The translations under genes were made by a program, and so were the position numbers. Below the pieces are notes generated by a model. The model worked only from the letters and a program-made list of their open reading frames with translations. It did no database searches and was not told the origin of the DNA. A stretch of 64,000 nucleotides of DNA from an uncultured delta proteobacterium (GTDB taxonomy: Bacteria > Myxococcota_A > Polyangia > Polyangiales > Polyangiaceae): assembly GCA_963806225.1 (NCBI GenBank), contig CAWDXG010000004.1:1632001-1696000 (forward strand). Direction: 5' to 3'. Numbering within the stretch: the first letter of the stretch is position 1; the number at the start of each line of letters is the position of its first letter. This document shows, one piece after another, positions 10,694 to 21,515 of this stretch.

Positions 10694-11464
10694 TCAGCTC
10701 CGGTTCAGGCTTGCCGCCATCGAGCGGATGACCGAGCGGGGACCGAAGCGGAGCGCCTGCACGCCGAGCTTGTTCTTCAGCCCGTGCACCACGACGGGGC
10801 GCCCCTTGAGCATGGCGCGGTAGGCCTGTTTCGCGACACTGGGCGCGTCCTGGGCGCCCATGCGGAACAGGCGCGACTTGTCGTTGCCGGCGACGGCGCC
10901 GAACTCCGTGTCCGTTGCGCCGGGGCAGCTCACGGTGGCCGTGACGCCGGTGCCGTCGAGCTCGTAGCCAAGCCCTTCGGTGAAGTGATTCACGAATGCT
11001 TTGGTCGCGTAGTAGACCGCCATGTAGGGGCCGGGCTGGAAGCCCGCGGTGGAGCCGATGTTCAGGATGCGCCCACGCCCGCGCGTGACCATCCCGGGCA
11101 GGAGCAACCGCGTAAGCGCGACCAGCGACACCACGTTGACCTGGATTTCCGCCATCTGGCGGGCGAGCTCCTGCTCGACGAACGCGCCGTTCGTGCCGAA
11201 GCCGGCGCAGTTGACGAGGAACTCCACTTCCACGCCTGCCCGCTCGAGCTCGGCGTGGATGCGCCCCGGCGAGCTCGGATCGGCGAGATCGGCGGCGATG
11301 ACGAGCGGGTCGATGCCGTGCGCGCCGCGCAGCTCGTCGGCGAGCGCATCCAGTCGCTCCCTGCGCCGCGCAACCAGCACCAGGTCGTGCCCATCCGCTG
11401 CGAAGAGCTTCGACAGCTCCTTGCCGATCCCCGCTGAAGCTCCCGTCACCAGTGCCGCACCCAT
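10694..11464 (-). CDS. Short-chain dehydrogenase/reductase
   Basis: [27 protein letters not shown] at 11464 behind GGAGG. Confidence 0.92.
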   Translation of the reverse strand: MGAALVTGASAGIGKELSKLFAADGHDLVLVARRRERLDALADELRGAHGIDPLVIAADLADPSSPGRIHAELERAGVEVEFLVNCAGFGTNGAFVEQELARQMAEIQVNVVSLVALTRLLLPGMVTRGRGRILNIGSTAGFQPGPYMAVYYATKAFVNHFTEGLGYELDGTGVTATVSCPGATDTEFGAVAGNDKSRLFRMGAQDAPSVAKQAYRAMLKGRPVVVHGLKNKLGVQALRFGPRSVIRSMAASLNRS

Positions 11465-11540
11465 CGTATCCTCCTCTGGCCGCCTGCGGCCCGCCGCGGA
11501 GCATGGGGACGCCGGGCAGCGACGACAAGGCGCACGGCGG

Positions 11541-12008
11541 CTATTTCCCGAGCGGCAGATCGCCCGAGAGGCGGAGCGGCGTGTGCGCGGGCGTGCCGAA
11601 CCATACGTCCCGGCCGCAATACGGCGTGAGCGAGCCCTGGACGCGCGCGTTGTCCTCGTCGCGGTGCAGGGCGAGCGCGAGCGAAACGGGCTTGTTTCCG
11701 CAGGGGCCCGAGGCGTCGGCCGGCGCGGAGAAGCGCGCGGTGTACAGCGTGGCGTTCGCTTCGGGGAAGTGCTCGACGTGGCCCTGGCCTTCAAGCGGCT
11801 TGCCGGCGGGCATCACGCCGTAGCCCTTGTCCGGCGTGAGCGTCGCCGTCAGGTCGTCGCCGTGGAGCGACAGGTGCACCTCCGCAGAATCGACGATCTC
11901 CAGGTCGAGCGTGGCGGTCAGGACCGGCTGGTGCACGGTTTCCGGATTCTTGCCGCAGGCGGCGAGCGCCGCGAACGCGAACAGCGCAAGGCAAGAACCC
12001 GCCTTCAT
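11541..12008 (-). CDS. Hypothetical lipoprotein
   Basis: Lipobox LAAC; start overlaps the stop of the upstream gene. Confidence 0.75.
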   Translation of the reverse strand: MKAGSCLALFAFAALAACGKNPETVHQPVLTATLDLEIVDSAEVHLSLHGDDLTATLTPDKGYGVMPAGKPLEGQGHVEHFPEANATLYTARFSAPADASGPCGNKPVSLALALHRDEDNARVQGSLTPYCGRDVWFGTPAHTPLRLSGDLPLGK

Positions 12009-13793
12009 CGCACCACCCTCCGCGTCACATTGATGGCGTCGGCAAGTTTCACCGCATCGGCCGCGCTGCCGTCGAACATGTGGAACACCCAGGTTACCGA
12101 CTCGGCCTTCGCCAGGGTCTTGTCCTCGAAACCAATGTCTCCCGTGTCGAGGCGGAGGTGCGCGGCGAGGTGCACGTCGGCCTGGTCCTTGATCAGGTAC
12201 CGGCTCTTGCCCAGGCTGATGAGCCCCGTGGGCAGCGCCATGTAGAAATCCTTGAAGGTGAAGTCGCTGCGGTGGAACGTGTGTGGCGAGGAGTCGTCGA
12301 GCGCCAGTGTGGTGACGAAGTCGTCCGTCTTCTCACCCGGGAAGACCACGCTCACGTCCGTGTAGGTGCCGGGCCCGAAGTGGATCGCGACGCGGTAGTG
12401 GCCGTCGGCGACCTTCTCCCACTCCTCGGTCACCTCGCGGTCGCCCGGCTTGATGGAAAGCTTGACGGGCGCGGCAACGCTCTTTCCACGCATGGGGTCG
12501 TCCTCGGTGCCGGCCTGCATGCTGCCGGCGCCGGGATCGATGATGACGGAGTCGGCCTTCTGCTCGGCCTTGACCTGACGGATCACGTCCCGCGCGATTC
12601 GCAGCGCTTCGGTGGAGTGCGAGATGCCGTATTCGATCTCGCCGCGGATCGGATTGATGCCGGTGGCGTCGCTGACCTCGCCCAGGAACAGAAGGCGCCA
12701 GGCCGAGTCGAGCTCGGCGCGCGCGTCGAGACCGGCCACCTTGGCGGCCGTCTCGGCGGCCATGAGCTCGCGGTGCGCCAGCGCGTTGAGCGTGCGTACG
12801 GTGTTGTCGCGCTCCTCGCCGAAAGCGGACCAGACGCCGTTGCCGCCCAGCCACTTGAACTCCGCCTGGGTGCTGTTCGGCTGCCAGGTGCCGTCGAGCA
12901 GCGGCGGCGGATCGGGCGGCGTGAACTTCTGGCGGAGCGCGGCGACGTACTTGTCGACCGTGGTGATCGTGTAGCCCTGCGCTTCGAGATCCGAGAGCTT
13001 CTTCTCGTAGTCGGCCACCGCCGCGGGCTTGTACTTGAACTGGTCGGGCAGGTAGGGGTTGTTGCCGCCGGTCGCGAGCAGCTCGCCGTCGTCCATGTAC
13101 GTCCAGTCGACCTGGATGTCGTTGTTGGCGTCGGTGTAGTGCACGCCCTGGCCCGCCGGCACGAGGAACACGTCGCCGAAGCGGTACAGCGGCTGTACGG
13201 TCGAGTCGAAGTTGTCGTGCTGGTAGCTCCAGAGGTTCTTGGGCCAGAGCATGTTCTGGTAGCCGTGCGCCTTCATCTGCGGGGCCATCGCCATGCCCGC
13301 CTGCCCTTCCTGGCAGAAGACGCTCTTGCGCGAGCGGCACGTCCCACTTCTTGAACGTCGCCGCGGTCAGCGCCTGCGAGCGCTCCCAGTCCTGCTGCGG
13401 GAACGCCGTGAAGAGCTGATCGGAGTAGTGGAAGCTCACCACCTCGATCTGGCCGGACTTGGCCATCGCGCGGAGCTCCGACAGCACGTCGGGATGCCGC
13501 TCGCCGATCACGTCGAGCATGTAGCCCTGCATCTCGAGGTCCACGCCCCACGCGGGGTGCTTCTGGTACAGGTCGAGCACGGGCTTGAAGCTCTCGACGA
13601 TGATCTGGTCCTCCATCGTGTCGTTGTCGACGGCCTTGGCCGGATCTGCGCTGAGCAGACGCGAGCCCGCACTGCCTCCCGCCACGTACTGCACGTTGAA
13701 GTGGAAAAGCCCGAGCGCGTACCTGTCCTGCGCCCGGGCGACCGACGCGGACAGCAGGAGCGACAGTGCACCGAGCCAGACGGAGAAGCGCAT
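12005..13793 (-). CDS. Secreted GH57-like glycoside hydrolase; frameshift near 13330
   Basis: Signal peptide, LFHFNVQY, ESFKPVLDL, GQIEVVSFHYSDQL, VFCQEG and RLLFLGEVSDATG occupy the positions of GH57 conserved regions; joins ORFs 12333..13793 and 12005..13294. Confidence 0.6.
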
Positions 13794-13840
13794 CGCCGCG
13801 GATTATCCGGGCGCGGCGCGGGGCGGGTCAAGCGGCGGGC

Positions 13841-14587
13841 TCATTGGCGCGCCGCTAGCCGCGGCAGAGCCCAGCGGGACGCGCGCCCGCGGCGGCCGGC
13901 CACGGCGAGCAACTCGTCGCAGACGGACGCGAAGACACGCTCGGCATCTTCCGTGATCAGCGCGCCGTGGCAGAGGAAGATGCGATCGAAGTGCCAGGCG
14001 CGCGCACGCTCCAGTGCCTGCCTCGCAGCATCGGCGTCCAGCGTATAGAGCCGGAACTCGGGCGAGGGCGCGGGGCGCGTTTTCATGCCGAACAGCCTGC
14101 CCGCCGCGCGGGCCAGGGCGGATGCCGTCTCTGCGTCGATGTTCTCGACGAAGTCCGCCACCATCAGCGTGCGCGAGCGGCGATGCAGCATCAGCGCCTC
14201 GGAGAAGAATACGTTGCCGGCGGTGAGACACTGATCCAGCTCCGCGCTCCACGCCAGCAAAGGTTCCGCGCCGAGCACACCCGCCGGCGAGAGATCGGGG
14301 CGGCGCTCCGGCAGTCCCGGCGCGAGCCACAGCTCGGCGTCCGGGTACGCCGCCGCGTAGTCCGCCAGCGTCTGGTTGTGGATCTTGTTCGGCGCGATGA
14401 CGTAGCGCACCCGGCCGAGCTTCTCGAGATCACGGCGGAGCCCGGGCGTGAGGAACAGCGGCGAATACACGAGCAACGCATCGCCCTCGAGCCGCACGAC
14501 GGCCATCCGCGTGCCCAGCGAGAAGCCATAGAAGCGCACGGCGCCCCCGGCGATGTAGAGGCCGTCCCCGAGCTCGTCCAGCGCCAC
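13841..14587 (-). CDS. DUF4336 family (metallo-beta-lactamase-like fold) protein
   Basis: GTRMAVVRL..LLVYSP, VRYVIAPNKIH, HRRSRTLMVAD, WHFDRIFLCHG. Confidence 0.8.
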   Translation of the reverse strand: MALDELGDGLYIAGGAVRFYGFSLGTRMAVVRLEGDALLVYSPLFLTPGLRRDLEKLGRVRYVIAPNKIHNQTLADYAAAYPDAELWLAPGLPERRPDLSPAGVLGAEPLLAWSAELDQCLTAGNVFFSEALMLHRRSRTLMVADFVENIDAETASALARAAGRLFGMKTRPAPSPEFRLYTLDADAARQALERARAWHFDRIFLCHGALITEDAERVFASVCDELLAVAGRRGRASRWALPRLAARQ

Positions 14588-14595
14588 GGCGCGCG

Positions 14596-14949
14596 CTACC
14601 CCCGCGGGAAGGGCGGCCAGCCCATGGCCTTGCCGCCGAGCAGGTGCAGGTGAAGGTGGAAGACGGACTGCCCCGCCTCTTCGCCGCAGTTCATGACGGT
14701 GCGGTAGCCGCGCGAGGTCAGCCCCTCCTTCTTCGCGATTTCGGCCGCCACGCGGAACAGGTGTCCGATGTCGGCCTCGTGGCTCTCCTCTATCTCGTCG
14801 ATGATGGCGACGTGCGTTCGCGGCACGACCAGCACGTGGGTCGGCGCCTGGGGATGGATATCGCGGAACGCCAGCGCGCGGTCGTCCTCGTACACGATCG
14901 TTGCGGGGACCTCGCGGGCGATGATGCGGCAGAACAGACAATCGGTCAT
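14596..14949 (-). CDS. hinT: Histidine triad nucleotide-binding protein
   Basis: DCLFCRII, AFRDIHPQAPTHVLVVP, GQSVFHLHLHLLGG. Confidence 0.95.
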   Translation of the reverse strand: MTDCLFCRIIAREVPATIVYEDDRALAFRDIHPQAPTHVLVVPRTHVAIIDEIEESHEADIGHLFRVAAEIAKKEGLTSRGYRTVMNCGEEAGQSVFHLHLHLLGGKAMGWPPFPRG

Positions 14950-14967
14950 GGTCTCTCCCTGGAATAG

Positions 14968-15417
14968 CTAGAACGCCTTCTTCGTGTCGATGAGGATGGT
15001 GACCGGGCCGTCGTTCACGAGCTCCACCTGCATGTGGGTGCGGAAGCGCCCGGTCTCGACCCGGAGGCCGTGCTCGCGCACCCGCTCGCAGAACAGCTCG
15101 AACAGCTCCTCCGCGCGTACCGGTTCCATCGCGTCGCCGAAGCCCGGACGCTTGCCTTTGCGCATGTCGCCGAACAGCGTGAACTGCGAGACGGCGAGCA
15201 CCGCGCCGCCCACGTCGGCCACGCCGAGGTTCATGCGGCCCTCGTCGTCCTCGAAGATGCGCACGCCCGCGACCTTGCCGGCCAGCGCCGCTGCGTCGGC
15301 CTCCGCGTCGTCGCGCCCGACGCCGACCAGCACGCACAGGCCGCGCTCGACGGCCCCCACCCGCTCGCCGTCGACGCTCACCTCGGCCCGGGTGACCCGC
15401 TGCACGACCGCCCTCAT
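14968..15417 (-). CDS. dtd: D-aminoacyl-tRNA deacylase
   Basis: [20 protein letters not shown] signature motifs. Confidence 0.97.
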   Translation of the reverse strand: MRAVVQRVTRAEVSVDGERVGAVERGLCVLVGVGRDDAEADAAALAGKVAGVRIFEDDEGRMNLGVADVGGAVLAVSQFTLFGDMRKGKRPGFGDAMEPVRAEELFELFCERVREHGLRVETGRFRTHMQVELVNDGPVTILIDTKKAF

Positions 15418-15464
15418 GCGCCCGCACTACCACGCGGGGCCCGGGGCGCTATAGGGTCGATCGC

Positions 15465-16367
15465 ATGGACAGACTACCCGCACCCCCGCTGCCCGGCTGG
15501 CTCGAGCGCCAGCTCCCCCCGTCCCTGTCACGCTATCGCGCGCGGGTCGGGCCCTACCGGATGCACGTGATGGAGGCCGGCGAGGGGCGACCGGTGCTGA
15601 TGTTGCACGGCAATCCCACCTGGGGTTTTCTGTACCGGAAGGTGGTTCAGGAGCTCTCCGGCGAACCGCTCCGGTTGATCATGCCGGACCTGATCGGGCT
15701 CGGCCTGTCCGACAAGCCGCGCGACGCCGCCGAACACCAGCTCGACCACCACGCAGACTGGCTCGGCGAGCTCGTCGACGGGCTCGGGCTCGAAGGCGTG
15801 GTGTTCGTCGGGCAGGACTGGGGCGGTCCCATCGGCCTGTGTGCACTGGAAAAGCGACGCGAGCGGCTCGCCGGGCTGGTGATCCTGAACACCGTGGTGG
15901 GCCCGCCGCGACCCGGCTTCCGCCCCACAGCGTTCCACCGCTTCTCGCAGATGCCGGTGCTGAGCGACCTCGCCTTCCGCGGCCTCGGTTTTCCCGAAAC
16001 GGCGCTCTGGATCGCGCAGGGGGACAAGAGCAGCATCCGGGGCAAGGTGGCGCGCGCCTATCGCTATCCGCTCCGGCGCTTCCGCGATCGCGTGGCGCCT
16101 CTGGCGCTGGCGCGTATGGTGCCCGACTCGCTTGGGCATCCATCCGTGCCCGCGCTCGAGCGCTGCCAGGCGCTGGTCGAGTCCTTCAAAGGGCCCGCAG
16201 CGATCGTGTGGGGCGATCGTGATCCGGTGCTCGGGCGGGTGCGCCGCCGCGTCGAACGGCTGCTGCCGGATGCTCCCGTCACGCTGACCCAGGCCGGCCA
16301 CTTTCTGCAGGAGGAAGTGCCAGCGGAGATCGCCCGCGCAGTGCGGGACGTGGCATCGCGGATCTGA
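15465..16367 (+). CDS. Haloalkane dehalogenase-like alpha/beta hydrolase
   Basis: HGNPTW, nucleophile elbow GQDWGG, catalytic AGHFLQEE. Confidence 0.85.
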   Translation: MDRLPAPPLPGWLERQLPPSLSRYRARVGPYRMHVMEAGEGRPVLMLHGNPTWGFLYRKVVQELSGEPLRLIMPDLIGLGLSDKPRDAAEHQLDHHADWLGELVDGLGLEGVVFVGQDWGGPIGLCALEKRRERLAGLVILNTVVGPPRPGFRPTAFHRFSQMPVLSDLAFRGLGFPETALWIAQGDKSSIRGKVARAYRYPLRRFRDRVAPLALARMVPDSLGHPSVPALERCQALVESFKGPAAIVWGDRDPVLGRVRRRVERLLPDAPVTLTQAGHFLQEEVPAEIARAVRDVASRI

Positions 16368-16413
16368 CGCTTGCGGGATCACACGACCGGCAAAGTTCGG
16401 CTATGCTGCGGAG

Positions 16414-18378
16414 ATGGCGGTCGCGCCCGGCGCTGGCACCGGCCCCTACTCGTTCGTGGGGGCGACGGTCCATTCCGAGTTCTACTCCGGAGTCGACTAC
16501 TTCATCGAGCGTTCGCTCGGTGAAGGCGGCACGGCCGTTGCTTTCTTCGCCTGGCGCCGCTCGCCCGAGGGCGAGACCCCCGTCGTCTTGAAGGTGATTC
16601 TGCCGCGCATCGTCATGGACTCGGGGCGTCAGGCGGACACGATCTTCAAGAAGGAGGCCGTGGCGCTCGGGCGCCTGAACGAGCGCGTGCCGCCCACGCC
16701 CTACGTGCTCAGGATGATCGAGACCGGTGGAATCGAGTACGAGTACGCCCGACGCCGGCTGCGGCTGCCCTGGATCTCGCTGGAGTACGTCGACGGCGGG
16801 CTCGAGGGAACGACGCTCGAAGACCGCGTCGAATACTCGGTACGGGAGACCGGGTCAGCGTTCGACCCCGAGCGCGCGGCACGGCTCGTGACGAGCCTGT
16901 GCGAAGGGCTGTACGAGATCCACCAGGTGGGCGTGGTCCACCGCGACCTGACGCCCGGCAACGTGCTCTGCTGCGGCAACGGCGCATCGGAGATGTTCAA
17001 GATTTCCGACTTCGGGATCGCGCGACCCATGGGGCTGGCTGCCACCTTCGGCAGCGATGTGCTGGTCGGCACTCCGGGCTACATGGCGCCCGAGCAGGTG
17101 GCGTCGGGCGCGCTCGGTCCGCAGACCGATCTGTTCGGCCTCGCGGCGATCATCTACTTCGCCCTGACGGGCCGGCGCTACTTCGAGGCCGCAAGCGGAC
17201 GCGAGTCGCTGACCGAGGTACGCGGGACAACGCGGCCGAGCCTGCTCGACGCGCCGCAGCTGTGCGACGAGCTCCGGGCCCGGCAGGCCGCCTGCAACGC
17301 CATCGACCTGGCGCTCGCCCGCGCCACCGCATTCAACGCGGCGGAACGTCCCGCAGACGCGCGCCGCTTCGCGTCCAGTCTGCTGCCGTGGCTCACGCAT
17401 CGGCCGAGAGCGCGCCGTGCCAGCGCGCGCCACATGCGCAGCCTTTCCCGTATCCGGCCGACGGAGCCGCAGGCCGACACGACCTGGTCGGTCCGGCACC
17501 CAGCGCGCGACGATCAGCTCATCGTCAGCGTCGGCTGGAACGCGGCCGGGCACTGCCTCGCCGCGACGACGCGCGGCCTGCTCTACTGGGATGGCTCGAC
17601 GTGGCTCGATGCGCCCACGGCCGGCGTGCCTGCCCCGATGCACGTCGTCCAGCAGCTCGACCCGTCGCACTGGCTCCTGGCCGGGGATCAGGGCCTGGTG
17701 CTGGAGTACTCGCGCGACGGCGTGCGCGAGCTGCTCCGCGCTCCCGACCCGTCGATTAGCTTCACAGCCGCCAGCGGCGATCCGGACGAGACGCTGGTGC
17801 TCGTCGCCGAGCAGCCGGGCCGCCCGCCGTGGTTGTGCACCGCGGCAGGCGGGCGCTGGCTGCAGCCGTTCCCCGTGGCCGACGCCAGCGTGATCAATGC
17901 CGTCACGCAGGTGGATGACGGGCACTATCTGGCGGTCGGACGCGACACGTCCGGGCGCGCCTATGCCGGGTTCTACCACCCCTCCAGCGGCGGACTCACG
18001 CGCGTCGCCGCGCCGCCGAGCCGGGCGCTGCTGTCGCTGGACAGCCGCGCCGAACGCGGGCTGGCGACGGCGGTCGGCGCCGAGGGGGCTCTCTTGCGCC
18101 TCCGCCAGGCGCACACAACCGCCACAGTGATGGACGGCGGGCGCGATGTCTCGGCCATCTCGATCGACCTGCTGGGGCGCGAGTGGATCGCCGGCGTGGG
18201 CCGGATCTGGGTCGGCCACGCGTCGCAGAGCGGATGGAACTGCATGTGGCAGGACGACACCTGGAAGACACCCTTCGTCAGCATCCTGGCCGAGACCGGA
18301 TTCATCGTTGCGATGACGGTCGAGGGCGCCGTGCTCGAGTGCCGCTCGTCGATGCTGGCCGCGACGGCGCCAGCCTAG
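16414..18378 (+). CDS. Ser/Thr protein kinase with C-terminal beta-rich (propeller-like) region
   Basis: LGEGG, VVLK, HRDLTPGN, DFG, GTPGYMAPE; no obvious TM helix. Confidence 0.9.
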   Translation: MAVAPGAGTGPYSFVGATVHSEFYSGVDYFIERSLGEGGTAVAFFAWRRSPEGETPVVLKVILPRIVMDSGRQADTIFKKEAVALGRLNERVPPTPYVLRMIETGGIEYEYARRRLRLPWISLEYVDGGLEGTTLEDRVEYSVRETGSAFDPERAARLVTSLCEGLYEIHQVGVVHRDLTPGNVLCCGNGASEMFKISDFGIARPMGLAATFGSDVLVGTPGYMAPEQVASGALGPQTDLFGLAAIIYFALTGRRYFEAASGRESLTEVRGTTRPSLLDAPQLCDELRARQAACNAIDLALARATAFNAAERPADARRFASSLLPWLTHRPRARRASARHMRSLSRIRPTEPQADTTWSVRHPARDDQLIVSVGWNAAGHCLAATTRGLLYWDGSTWLDAPTAGVPAPMHVVQQLDPSHWLLAGDQGLVLEYSRDGVRELLRAPDPSISFTAASGDPDETLVLVAEQPGRPPWLCTAAGGRWLQPFPVADASVINAVTQVDDGHYLAVGRDTSGRAYAGFYHPSSGGLTRVAAPPSRALLSLDSRAERGLATAVGAEGALLRLRQAHTTATVMDGGRDVSAISIDLLGREWIAGVGRIWVGHASQSGWNCMWQDDTWKTPFVSILAETGFIVAMTVEGAVLECRSSMLAATAPA

Positions 18379-18914
18379 GCGCCGAGGTGGTACAGCATCC
18401 AGTAGACGACGACGCCGCTCACCGACACGAACAGCCAGACGGGCAGCGTCCAGCGCGCCACCTTGCGGTGCTGCTTGATGCGCTGGGTCCATCCCCTGTA
18501 GATGGTCAGAAGCGCCATCGGCACCACCACCGCTGCCAGCACGATGTGCGGGATCAACACCGCGAAGTACACGCTACGCAGGATGCCCGTGCCGTGGTAC
18601 TTCACGTCACCGACCTGGGCATGGTGGGCCACATAGCCCAGCAGGAACAGCGTCGAGAGCGCGAACGCCGTCAGCATGCTGCGCCGGTGCGCCGGGATGT
18701 TCTTCCTGCGCACGAACACGTAGCCCGCGACGAGGAACGCGGCCGCGCCGGCGTTCAGCACCGCGTTCACGGTCGGCAGGATGCCGGGATGGCCGGGGGC
18801 GGTGCGCCCGGGGAAGGCGTACATCACGACCACGACGGCCGCGAACACGGTCAAGCTCAAGGCGCCGATCACCCAGCGTGCGGCGGGTGATTCGGTCGTT
18901 GTCGCAGCGGTCAC
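18375..18914 (-). CDS. DUF420 family membrane protein
   Basis: LPTVNAVLN, HRRSML, LIPHIVLA, HRKVARWTLPVWLFVSVSGVVVY. Confidence 0.88.
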   Translation of the reverse strand: MTAATTTESPAARWVIGALSLTVFAAVVVVMYAFPGRTAPGHPGILPTVNAVLNAGAAAFLVAGYVFVRRKNIPAHRRSMLTAFALSTLFLLGYVAHHAQVGDVKYHGTGILRSVYFAVLIPHIVLAAVVVPMALLTIYRGWTQRIKQHRKVARWTLPVWLFVSVSGVVVYWMLYHLGA

Positions 18915-19005
18915 GCCGCGAGGTGTAGCGGCTCACCCCCGTCGCGACAAGGCATCCGAGGCGGCCGCGCGCCACGTCGCCTGGACGTGGCGCGCTCGCC
19001 CGCGA

Positions 19006-20157
19006 TCAGCCGGGGACGTTCACGCAGCAACCGGTGTTGCAGTACTGTCCGGTTGGGCACGGAGGCTGGCACGCCAGCCCGCAGGGCTGCGCTCCAGGCG
19101 GGCAGATCTGGCCGCCACAACTGCCGCCACTACCACCGGTTCCGGAGCCGCCTGTGCCCGTGGAACCGCCCGTGCCGGTCGTCCCGCCGCTGCCGGCTCC
19201 GCCGTCCGGAGGCGGCTTGGGCAGGCAGTCCGCCGGCAGCTTGGTCTTGCCGAGACACAGCTCGCAGTGCAGGCAGGTGTTGAGACAGCCCTTCACCTGC
19301 GTGCAGGCATGGCACTTCGTCGGATCGTCGACGTGCGCGAGATCGCACGTGGCCATGGAGCACTTGCTCGAGTTGTTCGAGGTCGAGCCGAGGTAGACCG
19401 TGTGGACGACTCCCTTGCTGTCCGGGATCGCGCAGCAACCGAAGCAGTCACAGCCGTTGGGCGTGAGCGGCCCGCAGTAGTTGCCGCAGGCAGCCGACTG
19501 CTTGTTGTACAGCTGGGTGCAACTCTGTGAGCTGCCGGAGATCGTCGTGTTCGGATCGTAGGCGCACTGTGAACCCTCGGGCGGGTAGTTCGGATTGACC
19601 TCGAGCGGGTCGCACTTGTGGTTCCAGTAGCAGTCGTCGTTGCCGCTGCCCGTGTCCTGATCGAAGTAGCAGTCCGCCTTGCACGGCGCGTTCTGCTGGC
19701 CGGAGATGCAGCCGTTGAAGCCGGACTCGTTGTCGTCGCAGGGACCGAGGCAATCCGGATCGGCCATGTCGACCTTGCCGTCGCCGTCGTTGTCCTTGCA
19801 GTCGCCGCAGGCGTACAGGTGGCCCTGGCACAGCGCCTGGTGGCAGACGCCGGACCCGCCGCTTCCACCCGTCCCGGTTCCGCCGCTTCCCGTCGTCCCA
19901 CCGGTCCCGCTGCCGCCCGCAGCGGTCGCGCCGCTGCCGCCCGCAGCAGTCGCGCCGCTACCCCCCGCAGCAGTCGCGCCGCTGCCGCCCGCAGCGCTGC
20001 CGCCGGAGCTGCTGCCGCCGGTGGACCCGCCATCCGCTCCCGAACCCGCCGAGCCGTCCTTGGCTCCCCCGTTGCCGCTGTCTCCGGAGCCGCCACATCC
20101 GATCGCCAGGGCGAAACCGGTCAACGTCAAACCAATCAGGACACGTCGGACGTGCAT
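19006..20157 (-). CDS. Cys-rich lipoprotein with Gly/Ser/Thr linkers
   Basis: Lipobox AIGC, GGSGATAA x3 linker, Ca-binding-like DNDGDGKVD loop, many Cys. Confidence 0.85.
   Translation of the reverse strand: MHVRRVLIGLTLTGFALAIGCGGSGDSGNGGAKDGSAGSGADGGSTGGSSSGGSAAGGSGATAAGGSGATAAGGSGATAAGGSGTGGTTGSGGTGTGGSGGSGVCHQALCQGHLYACGDCKDNDGDGKVDMADPDCLGPCDDNESGFNGCISGQQNAPCKADCYFDQDTGSGNDDCYWNHKCDPLEVNPNYPPEGSQCAYDPNTTISGSSQSCTQLYNKQSAACGNYCGPLTPNGCDCFGCCAIPDSKGVVHTVYLGSTSNNSSKCSMATCDLAHVDDPTKCHACTQVKGCLNTCLHCELCLGKTKLPADCLPKPPPDGGAGSGGTTGTGGSTGTGGSGTGGSGGSCGGQICPPGAQPCGLACQPPCPTGQYCNTGCCVNVPG
19910..19995 (-). repeat. Coding 24-bp tandem repeat (GGSGATAA x3)
   Basis: Three near-identical in-frame units in the lipoprotein linker. 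Confidence 0.8.
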
Positions 20158-20232
20158 GGATCCTCCCGGAAGCAGAGATAGACGGCCGCGCACCGTGTGT
20201 GGAAAAAACGCGGTCCCAACCAGCAGTTTACC

Positions 20233-20865
20233 CTATTTCATCTTCTGGTAGGTGCCCATGAGCTCGCCTTTCGCCAGCACGTGGCCTCTTATCGCCTGCT
20301 CCAGGCGCGCCTTGTCCGGCCGGCCGAGGTCACCGAGCTCCACGTCCAGCGCGTAGATCTTGAAGAAATAGCGGTGCCGACCGATCGGCGGACAGGGTCC
20401 TCCGTAGCCGGCGTGCTTGAAATCGTTGACTCCCTCGTGGGTTCCGCCCGGCAGCTTGTGCACATTCTCGGATAGTGTGTGTGCTCCTGGGGGAATGTCG
20501 TACAGAACCCAGTGCACCCAGGTGCGCGTCGGAGCCTTGGGATCGGGCGCGTCGGGGTCGTCGACGATGAGCGCCAGGCTCTTGGTGCCCCCGGGCATTC
20601 CGCTCCAGCTGAGCTGTGGCGAGATGTTGTCGCCTTCGCAGGTGTACTTGGTGGGAATCGAACCCTGCGGGCTGAACGAACTGGATTGGAGCTGCATGGT
20701 TTTCGCCCCCTGGCCCGCAGGGTCGCCCGCCCCGGCGTGGACGACCGAGCTGGCGCTGGCCGCCTCGTCCGGCTTGTCCTTCCTGGGCGTGCAGGCTGCG
20801 CACGCAAGGACACTGCCCATGAGCAGCGAACCGACGAACAGTGTTCCGTAGTGAATCATGGCCAT
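20233..20865 (-). CDS. YbhB/YbcL (PEBP) family protein; alternative start 20697
   Basis: DDPDAP, WVHWVLY, GYGGPCPPIGRHRYFFKIYALD. Confidence 0.92.
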   Translation of the reverse strand: MAMIHYGTLFVGSLLMGSVLACAACTPRKDKPDEAASASSVVHAGAGDPAGQGAKTMQLQSSSFSPQGSIPTKYTCEGDNISPQLSWSGMPGGTKSLALIVDDPDAPDPKAPTRTWVHWVLYDIPPGAHTLSENVHKLPGGTHEGVNDFKHAGYGGPCPPIGRHRYFFKIYALDVELGDLGRPDKARLEQAIRGHVLAKGELMGTYQKMK

Positions 20866-20962
20866 TGCTCGGCCCAGACTGCGTCGCCTTCCCGGCGACG
20901 GCAACCCATCGCGCCCGTGCGGCTCGACAGCCGCGACCGTCCCGGGCAAGGTGCAGCGCGGA

Positions 20963-21400
20963 ATGCTCCTCGTGGACGCCACGCGGCGGCGCGTGACCCA
21001 GCTTCCGCTGCTGGCCGGCACCCTTGCCGCGATCCTGGCCATCGCACTGGCGGTCTCGTCGCGGAAGGCCGCCGACCGCACGGTCGCGCTGATCGCGCTT
21101 GCGGTGCTGGGAGTCTACGCCATCACAGAGATGCGCCGGGTGAGTCGCGACGACGACACCATCAGCGTTCGATCGCTGCTGCTTGCTGCGCGCTTTCCAG
21201 CCGCCGGCTGCCGCGTGCTGGTGCGGCAGCGCGGGCTGTGGAACGCGACCCGCATCGACATCGAGCTCCGACCGCCGCGCGGATGGCCGGTGAAGCTGGC
21301 GTCGTACCCTCCGCTCGGCCAAGGCCGGCCGCGGCACGCCGCCGAGCGCGTCGCGGAGGCATTGGGCGTGCAAGGCCCGGATCTGCCTTCCACACGCTAG
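20963..21400 (+). CDS. Hypothetical membrane protein (two TM helices plus small soluble domain)
   Basis: ORF fills the gap; two hydrophobic segments. Confidence 0.6.
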   Translation: MLLVDATRRRVTQLPLLAGTLAAILAIALAVSSRKAADRTVALIALAVLGVYAITEMRRVSRDDDTISVRSLLLAARFPAAGCRVLVRQRGLWNATRIDIELRPPRGWPVKLASYPPLGQGRPRHAAERVAEALGVQGPDLPSTR

Positions 21401-21515
21401 CGCCGTAGCCCGAACCGCTGGCCGGCCTGGGTCCGGGCCCCGGCACGCCGACTAGGGGGGCGACGACGGGACTGCATTCGTGGCATTCCCGCTGGCTCAG
21501 CCAACAATTCCGATC

